Assembly (NCBI RefSeq): GCF_000179635.2
Contig: NC_014833.1
Coordinates: forward strand, 1,860,001 to 1,892,000
From: Ruminococcus albus 7 = DSM 20455
GTDB lineage: Bacteria; Bacillota; Clostridia; Oscillospirales; Ruminococcaceae
DNA length: 32,000 bases
Direction of reading: 5' to 3'
The first letter of the stretch is position 1; the number at the start of each line of letters is the position of its first letter. This document shows positions 18,163-26,857 of the stretch, piece after piece. The notes beneath the pieces are model-generated. The model had not been told where the DNA came from. It made no database searches and saw only the letters and a list, made by a program, of their open reading frames with translations. The position numbers and the translations under genes were made by a program.

Positions 18163-19047
18163 TTAAAAGTCTTTCAGCATATTTTTCATGAAGGAAGATG
18201 TATCTGTAAGTCCTGAACGGTTATATCTGTTTAATCTGTATAGACACTCGCTGTTGCCCTTTGTTATGTAATTAGGCTTTTCCTCTACACCCATAGTAGC
18301 TTCAAAGCCCAGTGATCTTATGGTTTTCTCTGCTTCTTCACAGGTAAAGCCGTATGGATAAGTAAATACATTAGGTCGGAAACTGCAGTATTTTTCAAGC
18401 AGCATCTGCATACCATCTATATCGCTTATCAGCGCGTGACGATAGCTTTCCTCGGTCTCGTCTGATCTTTTCAGTATCCCGCGTCTTTCATCAAGACAGT
18501 GCATATTACTGCTGTGATTGCAGAATTCATATCTTCCGCTTTCTCTCATTTCGTTAATATCATTCCAGCTGAGGTATGAATATTTTGCAGATGGTCTTTC
18601 CCCGCTTTCCGAAGCATTGATAGTATACTCCCCCACAACAGATATAACAGCCTTGATATCCTCTCTTTTAAGAAGCCCGAAAAGATATTCACGGTTGTTG
18701 TAAAAACCGTCATCGAATGTCAGTATTACCGGCTTGTCAGGAAGTTCGCCGTTATAGTTCACGTATCTTATCAGATCGTTTACAAAAACAGGTGTAAAGT
18801 TATTTTCCTTGAGATAGGCTATATCGCTCTCTATCTGATCCAGACTGACTACATATTCGCTGCATCTGTCGTTATCCAGTGTAATGCTGTGGTACATTAT
18901 TATCGGCACCGGAATGCCATGCTGTTCGGTGTTATCCTGTTGCATTTCTCTTGATGCGAATGATCTTGTCACCTGTGTACATATCACTATTATCATGGGA
19001 AGAAGTATAAAAAGCAATAGTTTATTAAGCTTGATAGTCCTGAACAT
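18163..19047 (-). CDS. Polysaccharide deacetylase (NodB-homology) family protein with an N-terminal TM/signal segment
   Basis: IIMYHSI, the ILTFDDGF motif and downstream His motifs. RBS GGAGG upstream. Confidence 0.8.
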   Translation of the reverse strand: MFRTIKLNKLLLFILLPMIIVICTQVTRSFASREMQQDNTEQHGIPVPIIMYHSITLDNDRCSEYVVSLDQIESDIAYLKENNFTPVFVNDLIRYVNYNGELPDKPVILTFDDGFYNNREYLFGLLKREDIKAVISVVGEYTINASESGERPSAKYSYLSWNDINEMRESGRYEFCNHSSNMHCLDERRGILKRSDETEESYRHALISDIDGMQMLLEKYCSFRPNVFTYPYGFTCEEAEKTIRSLGFEATMGVEEKPNYITKGNSECLYRLNRYNRSGLTDTSSFMKNMLKDF

Positions 19048-19144
19048 AAGATCGCCTCCATGTCAACTGTTATATATTTTTGATGCTTGTTTTAGTATAT
19101 ATGCCGTATCCTCAAAAAAAATTCAAAAAATTGAAAATTAACTC

Positions 19145-19173
19145 TTGAAAAATTTGTGCAAATATGATATACT
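19145..19173 (+). promoter_or_regulatory. Sigma-A promoter upstream of the MCP gene
   Basis: TTGAAA (19145-19150), a 17-nt spacer, then TGaTATACT (19165-19173). Confidence 0.6.
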
Positions 19174-19235
19174 TTTATTTAGTTAAAATGGGAATTTAAG
19201 CATTTTGATAAACTTTTTAACGGGAGGATCAAGAT

Positions 19236-21350
19236 ATGAAATCGATCAGTTCAAAATTGATGTTAATAATGTTCGTGGCTGCGATGGTGATCATATCAGT
19301 TCTCGATGTTGTTGCCATTACTGCTATAAGCAAGACAACTAAGGATACACTGATGAGTTCTGCTAAACCGCTGTCGGTTCAGGGCTCAAAGAGGTTTGAC
19401 GCTTCTGTTCAGCAGCTTGTAACTGATGTTTCCAGATCGGTCAGATCAGCAAATTTCAGTAATGCCTCCGGCGAAAAGGAAATGGCTGAGATCCTTAAAA
19501 GTAATTTTCCTGAAAATGTCAGGGATAATATCACCTGCGCAGTGATGGGTGATGCCGGACAGACCCTTTATAGTGCTAATGAATCCCTTTCAGCGGTCAT
19601 CAAACGTGATGATATAGACAAGGCAGTTCAGTCCAATGAGCCGTTTATCAGTGATATTTACGTTGCTGACAGCGGCAAGGGCAGAAAGCAGTATTTCTAT
19701 ATACTGCAGTCTGTGTTCAAGGACGGTAAATATCTGGCTGCTGCTGCCATAGTTGATTCTGATGTGCTCAGTGACGTTTTTGTAAACTCAGCTGTCGGAA
19801 GCAATGGTTTCGTAATGCTGGTTGACAAAGGTTCAAATATACTGATGCATACTCAGCATGACCTTGGTATAAAGCGCTTCAATCCTGTAGATGAAGCAGC
19901 AGGAAATGACAGCTATGATAATTTTGCTGAGGCGATCAAAACTGTTTCTGAGGGCAGAGAGGACTCCGGTGAATTCACTCTTGACGGAAAGCACTATGTA
20001 TTCGGTTCAGATGCTTCAGACTATTTCAATGCAAATCTTGTCTATGCCATGACTCCCGAGGATTTTGGAGATGCTACTACTGATACTTTCAGGAGCATAG
20101 TAATACTCGGTCTGATACTGCTGACCTTCACTATCATAAGCTCCATGTTCTTCTCCAGGCGTCTTTCAAAGCCTATCGTTTCTGCGACCGCACGTATACG
20201 TGAACTTGCACAGGGCAATCTTTCTTCCCCTGTTGATGTATGGTATTCCAAGGATGAACTGGGTGTACTTACATCTTCACTTGAAGAAACGATAGTATGT
20301 CTGAGACAGTATATAAACCTTATAACTGTATCCCTGAACCAGATATCGGAGGGCAATCTTTGTCACCGTATGGAAGGCACTTTCAAGGGTGATTTCCAGC
20401 AGATCAAGACCACTTTCAATGATATACTCAACTCTCTGTCTGATACATTCGCATCTATAAATAATGCGGCAGAGCAGGTTAATACAGGCGCTGTACAGGT
20501 GTCAAATTCAGCGCAGTCAGTTTCACAGGGTTCGACCCAGCAGGCATCGGCTATAGAGGAGCTTTCCGCTACTCTGAAGGATGTTGCAAAGCAGGTAGAG
20601 CGTAATGCAAACGATGCGAAGAATGCTAATACCATAGTTACCAGAAATGCTGATGCTATCGGCAGCTGCAACGATGATATGACGAATATGCTAGGTGCGA
20701 TAAATGAGATCAGGATATCTTCAGAGGAGATATCCAAGATAATCAAGGTAATAGACGAGATCGCTTTCCAGACCAATATACTGGCACTAAATGCTGCAGT
20801 AGAAGCCGCGCGTGAGGGTTCAAAGGGATTCGGTGTCGTAGCTGACGAAGTAAGAAGGCTTGCATCCCGTTCCGCAGAAGCCGCAAAACAGACAGCTTCA
20901 CTTATCGAGAATTCATCGGCTGCTGTTTCTAAAGGCTCTGAGATAGCAGAAAAGACTGCAGAATCTCTTGGAAGCATAGTACATGGTTCTGAGGAGATAC
21001 AGTCGCTGGTTAAGAATATTTCCGAAGCTTCCGAAACACAGACTGAAGCTATCGCACAGATCAACACAGGACTTGTACAGATATCCTCTGTCGTTTCTGC
21101 AAATACTTCCGCTTCGGTAGGTACTGCATCTGCCAGTGAGGAGCTTTCCAGCCAGTCACTCATACTCAAGAACATGATCGCAAGATTCAAACTGGGCGAG
21201 GATACCAAACCTACCAGCGGTGTGATGAAGTATGATTATTCTGTTCCCGAAGAAGATTCTTCCTTACTGAAAAACAGAGTACTCCAGATCACAAATATGG
21301 GTATGGATGATGAAGACGGTTTTACAGACGATATCGACGATAAGTATTGA
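19236..21350 (+). CDS. Methyl-accepting chemotaxis protein (Cache-type sensor, HAMP, MCP signalling domain)
   Basis: Two TM segments flank a ~270-aa periplasmic domain. The conserved hairpin tip [21 protein letters not shown] is present, and the protein is rich in Ala/Ser/Glu/Gln-rich coiled-coil sequence. Confidence 0.9.
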   Translation: MKSISSKLMLIMFVAAMVIISVLDVVAITAISKTTKDTLMSSAKPLSVQGSKRFDASVQQLVTDVSRSVRSANFSNASGEKEMAEILKSNFPENVRDNITCAVMGDAGQTLYSANESLSAVIKRDDIDKAVQSNEPFISDIYVADSGKGRKQYFYILQSVFKDGKYLAAAAIVDSDVLSDVFVNSAVGSNGFVMLVDKGSNILMHTQHDLGIKRFNPVDEAAGNDSYDNFAEAIKTVSEGREDSGEFTLDGKHYVFGSDASDYFNANLVYAMTPEDFGDATTDTFRSIVILGLILLTFTIISSMFFSRRLSKPIVSATARIRELAQGNLSSPVDVWYSKDELGVLTSSLEETIVCLRQYINLITVSLNQISEGNLCHRMEGTFKGDFQQIKTTFNDILNSLSDTFASINNAAEQVNTGAVQVSNSAQSVSQGSTQQASAIEELSATLKDVAKQVERNANDAKNANTIVTRNADAIGSCNDDMTNMLGAINEIRISSEEISKIIKVIDEIAFQTNILALNAAVEAAREGSKGFGVVADEVRRLASRSAEAAKQTASLIENSSAAVSKGSEIAEKTAESLGSIVHGSEEIQSLVKNISEASETQTEAIAQINTGLVQISSVVSANTSASVGTASASEELSSQSLILKNMIARFKLGEDTKPTSGVMKYDYSVPEEDSSLLKNRVLQITNMGMDDEDGFTDDIDDKY

Positions 21351-21379
21351 TAAAAGATAGAGAAAGGATCTGATCATAA

Positions 21380-22456
21380 ATGAAGAGAAGGATAGGCATA
21401 CTCACCAGCGGCGGAGATTGTCCCGGACTCAACGCTACAATCAGAGGCGTTGCCAAAGCGTGTTATGAAAAATTCGGTGAGGATGTTGAGATAATTGGTA
21501 TACATGACGGTTACTACGGGCTTATAAACGGTCTGTGCAAGGAAATGAATCAGTCTGATTTCTCGGGAATACTCACTACGGGCGGCACTATCTTTGGTAC
21601 AAAGAGAACTCCGTTCAAGATGATGCAGGTAATTGAAGATGATAAGGTCGATAAGGTAAAGGCTATGAAAGCCACTTATAAAAAGCAGAAGCTGGATTGC
21701 CTGTTAACTCTTGGTGGAAACGGCACCCATAAGACCGCCAATCTGCTGTCAAGTGAGGGACTTAACGTTATCGGTCTGCCTAAGACAATAGATAACGATA
21801 TCTGGGGCACCAGCGTAACTTTCGGCTTTCATACAGCAGTTGATACAGCAACAGATGTAATCGATAGACTTCACTCCACCGCCAACTCCCACGGCCGTAT
21901 ACTTGTGGCAGAGATAATGGGCAACAAGGCGGGCTGGCTGACACTTTATTCGGGTATAGCAGGCGGTGCTGATATGATAGTTATCCCCGAGATACCCTAC
22001 GATATCGAAAAGCTTGCTGCAGCCTGCGAACGCCGTGATTCCAAGGGATTTTCCATTATGGCTGTAGCTGAGGGCGCTTTCGATAAGGAAGAAGCCAAGA
22101 TGAAGAAGAAGGAGAGAGCTAAACTCCGTGCTGAACAGGGCATAACCACTGCCACCGCACGTATCGCCAAGCAGATAGAGGAAATGACAGGCAGAGAGAC
22201 CAGAGTGTGTATACCCGGTCATATGCTCCGCGGCGGTAGCCCATCAGCTTACGACAGAGTACTCGCCACAAAGTTCGGCGTACACGCGGCTGAACTCGTA
22301 GCCAAGGAAAAGTACGGCTACGCAGTGGCTATGATAAAGGAAGTAGTATCCGAGAATAAGCTTGAAGACGTTGCAGGCAAAACAAAGTTCGTCCCCGAGG
22401 ACGACCAGATGGTAAAATACGCCAAAGCACTGGGCGTATCGTTTGGAGATAAGTAA
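21380..22456 (+). CDS. pfk: 6-phosphofructokinase (PfkA family; phosphoryl donor not certain)
   Basis: IGILTSGGDCPGLNA, GLPKTIDNDI, MGNKAGW and GHMLRGGSPS align along E. coli PfkA. Confidence 0.85.
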   Translation: MKRRIGILTSGGDCPGLNATIRGVAKACYEKFGEDVEIIGIHDGYYGLINGLCKEMNQSDFSGILTTGGTIFGTKRTPFKMMQVIEDDKVDKVKAMKATYKKQKLDCLLTLGGNGTHKTANLLSSEGLNVIGLPKTIDNDIWGTSVTFGFHTAVDTATDVIDRLHSTANSHGRILVAEIMGNKAGWLTLYSGIAGGADMIVIPEIPYDIEKLAAACERRDSKGFSIMAVAEGAFDKEEAKMKKKERAKLRAEQGITTATARIAKQIEEMTGRETRVCIPGHMLRGGSPSAYDRVLATKFGVHAAELVAKEKYGYAVAMIKEVVSENKLEDVAGKTKFVPEDDQMVKYAKALGVSFGDK

Positions 22457-22470
22457 CAATCAACTGTAAC

Positions 22471-22780
22471 CTGCCAAAGAAGAGAGCTTTTGGTCAAGCT
22501 TTTCGCGAAAAGCTTGCGGGAGTTTGAGGGCAGAGCCCTCAATCACCAAGGCGCAAAACCAAAATGCAAAGCGAACTGTAAGAGCAAAACAAACTACCGA
22601 CCCAAAAGGCGCGGCAATAATAAAAAATCGAGCGTGGACAAACGACCGTCCACGCTCAAACTATCCGCGTAGATTATTGCCGCGCCCGCCGTCAAACAGC
22701 GTAAGCGTCTTTGACGGCTCGACCCGAGGTCGCTGCCGACGCAGTCGCAGCTGAGGGGCGAAAAATTTCCTCTTTGGCAG
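22471..22780. other. GC-rich multi-hairpin intergenic element (candidate structured RNA or REP/MITE-like repeat)
   Basis: Closing helix 22471-22485 / 22766-22780. 20-nt perfect palindrome 22496-22515. 8-bp hairpin 22524-22542. 14-bp perfect helix 22608-22621 / 22673-22686 enclosing a 10-bp hairpin 22630-22657. 9-bp hairpin 22688-22718. Bulged hairpin 22732-22751. No ORF with an RBS. Confidence 0.5.
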
Positions 22781-22834
22781 TTTAGCAAGCTTGCATTTGC
22801 ACCGCAGTTCGTTGGTTAATAATGGAGGATATAT

Positions 22835-24061
22835 ATGACAGAAGTTATAGAAAGATTTTTAAGATACGTAAAGATAGATACGCAGTCCGATGAGGACGCG
22901 GATACACAGCCCAGCACTGCAAAGCAGTTCGACCTGGCAAGACTGCTGTATAAGGAACTATGCGATATGGGTGCGGAAGATGTGTACCTCGATGAGTCGT
23001 ATTGCTACGTATATGCTCGTATTCCTGCCAATGACGGTGGTATGCGTTCGCATACGCTGGGATTCATTTCGCATATTGACACTTCACCCGAAGCATCGGG
23101 GGAGAACGTAAAACCACGTATCATCGAAAACTACGACGGCGGTGATATCACACTCAACGAGGAACAGGGGATAGTGCTGAAGACCTCTGTCTTCCCAGAG
23201 ATAAAGGATTATATCGGTCAGTCGCTGATAGTCACTGACGGCACGACTCTGCTTGGTGCTGACGACAAGGCAGGTGTAGCCGAGATTATGACAATGGCTC
23301 ACCGCCTGCTTACCGATGACAGCATCAAGCACGGCGATATAGCCATAGCTTTCACCCCCGATGAGGAGATAGGCGCAGGTACTGATAATTTCGACCTTAA
23401 AAGGTTCGGGGCTGACTATGCCTACACCGTTGACGGCGGTGGTATCGGCGAGCTTGAATACGAGACCTTCAATGCGGCATCTGCTGATATAACTGTGCAG
23501 GGCGTGAATGTGCATACGGGTGAAGCCAAGAACAAGATGATAAACGCCGCACGTATCGCGGCAGAGTTTGACAGCCTTCTGCCCCCCGAACAGAAACCCG
23601 AATTCACCGAGGGCAGGGAAGGGTTCTTCCACCTCATGAACATCGAGGGCAGCACCGAAAGCGCGTCACTTTCATACCTTATCCGCGACCACGACAGGGT
23701 GAAGTTTGAAGCGAAAAAAGCCCTTATCACGAAGCTTGCGGATATCCTGAACCTGAGATACGGCGAGGGCACCGTCACCGCCGAGGTCAAGGATACCTAC
23801 TACAATATGCGCGAGAAGATAGAGCCCGATTTCATGTTCCTTGTGGAGAATGTTTCCGACTGCATGAAAAAGCTGGGGGTCGAACCGAAGATACAGCCTA
23901 TCCGCGGCGGCACCGACGGTTCAAGCCTTTCATTCAAGGGTCTGCCCTGCCCGAATATTTGCACAGGGGGACACAACTACCACGGCAGATACGAATACTG
24001 CTGTGTTGAGTCTATGGAAAAGATATGTGAACTTCTGGTCATGCTGACCGAGAACGTATAA
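22835..24061 (+). CDS. pepT: Peptidase T (tripeptide aminopeptidase, M20B)
   Basis: ERFLRYVKIDTQSDE N-terminus, HIDT, GADDKAGVAEIM and TPDEEIG. 408 aa, with RBS GGAGG 6 nt upstream. Confidence 0.9.
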   Translation: MTEVIERFLRYVKIDTQSDEDADTQPSTAKQFDLARLLYKELCDMGAEDVYLDESYCYVYARIPANDGGMRSHTLGFISHIDTSPEASGENVKPRIIENYDGGDITLNEEQGIVLKTSVFPEIKDYIGQSLIVTDGTTLLGADDKAGVAEIMTMAHRLLTDDSIKHGDIAIAFTPDEEIGAGTDNFDLKRFGADYAYTVDGGGIGELEYETFNAASADITVQGVNVHTGEAKNKMINAARIAAEFDSLLPPEQKPEFTEGREGFFHLMNIEGSTESASLSYLIRDHDRVKFEAKKALITKLADILNLRYGEGTVTAEVKDTYYNMREKIEPDFMFLVENVSDCMKKLGVEPKIQPIRGGTDGSSLSFKGLPCPNICTGGHNYHGRYEYCCVESMEKICELLVMLTENV

Positions 24062-24066
24062 ACAGC

Positions 24067-24103
24067 AAAAAGGCACTTTCCACAGCAGGGAAGTGCCTTT
24101 GAT
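24067..24103. terminator. Bidirectional terminator between the convergent pepT and nadE genes
   Basis: A 13-bp stem (24069-24081 / 24088-24100), flanked by an A-run and a T-run. Confidence 0.75.
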
Positions 24104-24115
24104 GTTATCATGAAC

Positions 24116-24865
24116 TTATTCGGGGTCATATTCAAATTTCGGCATGGGCAGAAGCTTGTGCAGATTTCTTGCGTGCATACCGTCGATACGGGCTTTCAGC
24201 TCAGGCTTGTCGGAGAGGTCTGTCTCCTTTCTGATGTAGCTGTCAAGCTCTGCATAGGTAAATCCCAGATTGTCCTCGTCAGTCTTTCCGCAAAGACCGT
24301 CGATAGGCGTTTTGTGTGTAAGCTCGTAGGGGAGACCCAGCTCATCGCCAATAGCTATGACCTCACGTACACAGAGTTCGGAGAGGGGGCTGAAATCGCC
24401 TGCGGCATCACCGAATTTTGTGGAGTAGCCCACCCAGTCCTCGGACATATTGCAGGTGTTCACCACACGACCGCCAACACAGGCAGCAACTGCGTAAAGT
24501 GTGGACATTCTTATTCTCGGGGGAGTATTCACCCTAGCCTGCTCAGAAACTTCAAGAGCATTGCCGATCTCGCCCAGCAGTGCGGAAACTGTACTTCCCA
24601 CGTTTATCTCGTAGCTTTTTATACCCAGATGTGAAACCAGTTTTTTGCTGCAGTCAATATCGAACTGCTCACCCTGTGGCATCAGCACACCGATAACTCT
24701 GTCCTTGCCCAGTGCTTCAACGCAAAGCGCTGCAGCTACGGAACTGTCCTTGCCGCCCGAGATACCGAGTACAGCCTTTGTTGTGGGGGTTGCGTTCGCC
24801 TCAAAATACTCTCTTATCCATTTGATAACTTCGTCCTTGACCTTTTTTGCATCGAAATTGCTCAT
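24116..24865 (-). CDS. nadE: NH3-dependent NAD+ synthetase
   Basis: PP-loop GISGGKDSSV. 249 aa. The start ATG overlaps the upstream stop as ATGA. Confidence 0.9.
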   Translation of the reverse strand: MSNFDAKKVKDEVIKWIREYFEANATPTTKAVLGISGGKDSSVAAALCVEALGKDRVIGVLMPQGEQFDIDCSKKLVSHLGIKSYEINVGSTVSALLGEIGNALEVSEQARVNTPPRIRMSTLYAVAACVGGRVVNTCNMSEDWVGYSTKFGDAAGDFSPLSELCVREVIAIGDELGLPYELTHKTPIDGLCGKTDEDNLGFTYAELDSYIRKETDLSDKPELKARIDGMHARNLHKLLPMPKFEYDPE

Positions 24866-25279
24866 AGTCTAAGCTCCTCTCTGACTTTCATAAATATTAT
24901 ACCAAGACGGTTCTCGCCCTGTCCGTTTACTTTTCCCCAGATCCGATCATTCCAGTCGTTGCCCTCAACGAGTTCTTCGCCACCCGTTGCCAGAAGCTTT
25001 TTCTGCAAGGTCTTTATTCTGCGTGAATTTTGCCTTGCATATCTCATACATCAGATCTGTCTTTACTTCTTCCCAGTCACTTCTCAGGCTGACTTTTCTC
25101 CCCGCCCTTTTTGCGGAGTCAGGGTCAAGTCCCGCGAAAGACCTGCGCTCGCTTTCATCGAGGGTCTTCATCGCCTGAAAAGCGGCTTCGTTATTAAGAT
25201 AGGTGATACCCTCAAAGGTCACCTTGCTTTCGTAAAAATTGCTCAGGAAAAAATATTCGTCCGTGAATCTGTCTATCAT
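24862..25279 (-). pseudogene. NADAR (DUF1768/YbiA-like) family gene interrupted by a +1 frameshift
   Basis: The N-terminal part (MIDRFTDEYFFLSNFY...AKFTQNKDLAE) and the C-terminal part (KLLATGGEELVEGNDWNDRIWG...NRLGIIFMKVREEL) lie in different frames. They join at an A5 run (plus-strand T5, 24998-25002). Removing one A gives a 138-aa protein collinear with E. coli YbiA. RBS AAGAGGTG precedes ATG 25279. Confidence 0.75.
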
Positions 25280-25299
25280 ACCGACACCTCTTTTTCGGG

Positions 25300-26058
25300 T
25301 CACGCCTTTCGGTAAAGCTTTGATGTCCTGTGTGCCGCGGCTTCATCGAAAAACTCTGTTTCCGTGAGCTTGCCTATCACTTTTTTCCTGAATCCCTGGG
25401 GGGAAATATGTATACCTGTGATGGCTTCATAGGGCTGCTGGAGGTCTGATATGGTAAAGTATTCTGGCATAAGTCCGAATATCATATCGTGGTTTATCAC
25501 CTCGTCACGCAGTTTCAGGAATGCGTCTAGTATCATCTGACCATGATCGAATGCCAGTTTATCCGACTGCATACGACCGCATGAATACTCGTATACTATC
25601 ATGCCATCATCGTGAAGTTTAAGCGAAAGCCCCTCATCGGTATCCGTGGCTTCAAGGTCGAGCCAGTGGGCTGATTCCGCATCCGAGCCTACCGCCGTGG
25701 ATAGTTCGACCGTGTTTGTCAAAGCTATGAAACAGCAGGAGATTATCCATCCTCTCGGGTCGCGTTCAGGTTTGCTGTACACTCCCAGATTTATCAGCTT
25801 GGGTTCATTCACTCCCGCTTCCTCTTGCAATTCTCTGATGGCGGCTTCTTCTATGGTCTCACCCTTTCGCAGAAATCCGCCGGGCAGGGAATAGCTTCCC
25901 ATGAATGGTTCTTCGCCGCGCTTTACCAGCAGTAGCTTCAGTTTTTTGCGGTCAAGATTTTTCTTGTCCTCAGCCTTGATACTGTCTATGCCGAATACCA
26001 CAGCATCAGCTGCCACCGATGGTCTGTCATATTTTTCAAGTGAATACAGGTTGCTCAC
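25300..26058 (-). CDS. nrtR: NrtR-type Nudix-related transcriptional regulator (Nudix domain plus C-terminal winged-helix-like domain)
   Basis: An intact Nudix box, GGFLRKGETIEEAAIRELQEEAGV, followed by a ~90-aa C-terminal extension. It sits directly upstream of NADAR and nadE. GTG is the only possible start in the frame, and its RBS is weak. Confidence 0.7.
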   Translation of the reverse strand: MSNLYSLEKYDRPSVAADAVVFGIDSIKAEDKKNLDRKKLKLLLVKRGEEPFMGSYSLPGGFLRKGETIEEAAIRELQEEAGVNEPKLINLGVYSKPERDPRGWIISCCFIALTNTVELSTAVGSDAESAHWLDLEATDTDEGLSLKLHDDGMIVYEYSCGRMQSDKLAFDHGQMILDAFLKLRDEVINHDMIFGLMPEYFTISDLQQPYEAITGIHISPQGFRKKVIGKLTETEFFDEAAAHRTSKLYRKA

Positions 26059-26099
26059 CTCTCATTGTAACTAAAAGATAATAACTATTGGTTTATTAC

Positions 26100-26128
26100 A
26101 ATATATCACATATAGACCTGTGTGTCAA
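26100..26128 (-). promoter_or_regulatory. Sigma-A promoter of the nrtR-NADAR-nadE operon
   Basis: On the minus strand: TTGACA (26128-26123), a 17-nt spacer, then TGaTATATT (-10 at 26105-26100). The 16-nt palindrome caatataaatatattg (26126-26141) overlaps the -35. Confidence 0.6.
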
Positions 26129-26162
26129 TATAAATATATTGCTATATATCAGAAAATTATTT

Positions 26163-26792
26163 TCACATCAGATTTCCGCCTGTTTTGTTTTTGTACATCT
26201 CATACAGGCTCTTGTTCTGATCTGCCGGATTGATATCAACGTCTTTAGCGTTATCTTTCCATTTATCACCATCCGGGAGTATGTTATAAGCGATGTTGTG
26301 CTGTACCCATTCATAAGCCATATCCCAGGGCTCTCTTAAACTTTCACCGTCGCTGCCTCGTACCGGGTGTATCGAGGCAAGTGCAGTGCATATTATTATC
26401 ATATCCGCTTCGCTGGTTATTTTGTAAGAGTCGATTATTTTCCAGTTGTCGGGGGTGTATATGGCGTTGTAGGTCTCACCGTCGTATTGAAATGTGTAGT
26501 TTGTTCCCATGCCGTCGGTATCTGCAAGCTGTATATCCTCAGAGCTTATCAGTATACCCTCTTCCTCTTCGGCTGCTTCGTTCATTTCCGTTATAAGTTC
26601 TTCTGTAAGTTCAGCAGATGAACTGTCTTTTACGGGTATCTCTTTCGTATCCTGAACTTTTTTTTCACTGCTTCCTGCAGATACTTCTGCTTCAGATGAA
26701 ACTTTATCCTTTGTTTTACTTTCACTGTTGTTATTACTGCAAGCGGTCAGCAGGGAAGCCAGCATCACCGCGAATATTATCTTCTTTTTCAT
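26163..26792 (-). CDS. Lipoprotein of unknown function
   Basis: Lipobox in MKKKIIFAVMLASLLTAC|S, followed by a Ser/Glu-rich linker. I chose ATG 26792, 6 nt after AAGGAG. ATG 26798 abuts the RBS. Confidence 0.7.
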   Translation of the reverse strand: MKKKIIFAVMLASLLTACSNNNSESKTKDKVSSEAEVSAGSSEKKVQDTKEIPVKDSSSAELTEELITEMNEAAEEEEGILISSEDIQLADTDGMGTNYTFQYDGETYNAIYTPDNWKIIDSYKITSEADMIIICTALASIHPVRGSDGESLREPWDMAYEWVQHNIAYNILPDGDKWKDNAKDVDINPADQNKSLYEMYKNKTGGNLM

Positions 26793-26810
26793 TTTCATCT
26801 CCTTGTCTTT

Positions 26811-26844
26811 TAAAAAAAGCTGCCGCCCCTATGGCAGCAGCTTT
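26811..26844 (-). terminator. Terminator after the Lys/Glu-rich membrane-protein gene
   Basis: Stem 26816-26827 / 26833-26844 (one mismatch), followed by T7 on the minus strand. Confidence 0.75.
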
Positions 26845-26857
26845 GCTGTACTCAGTA

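Noticed and set aside
20363-21208. 281-aa antisense ORF inside the MCP gene. Similar long antisense ORFs occur at 17101-17934, 28348-29301, 29484-30140, 1254-1922 and 9465-10100.
   Set aside because: These are mirror-frame artefacts opposite strongly supported genes. They have low-complexity or Ser/Cys-rich composition, no RBS, and each fully overlaps a gene with clear family motifs.
22490-22788. ORF-track ORFs inside the pfk-pepT spacer (22490-22672 +, 22524-22754 +, 22594-22788 -)
   Set aside because: Their products are Lys/Arg/Pro-rich and low-complexity. None has an RBS or a plausible ATG context, and the reading frames run straight through perfect hairpins. The region is better explained as non-coding structured DNA or RNA.
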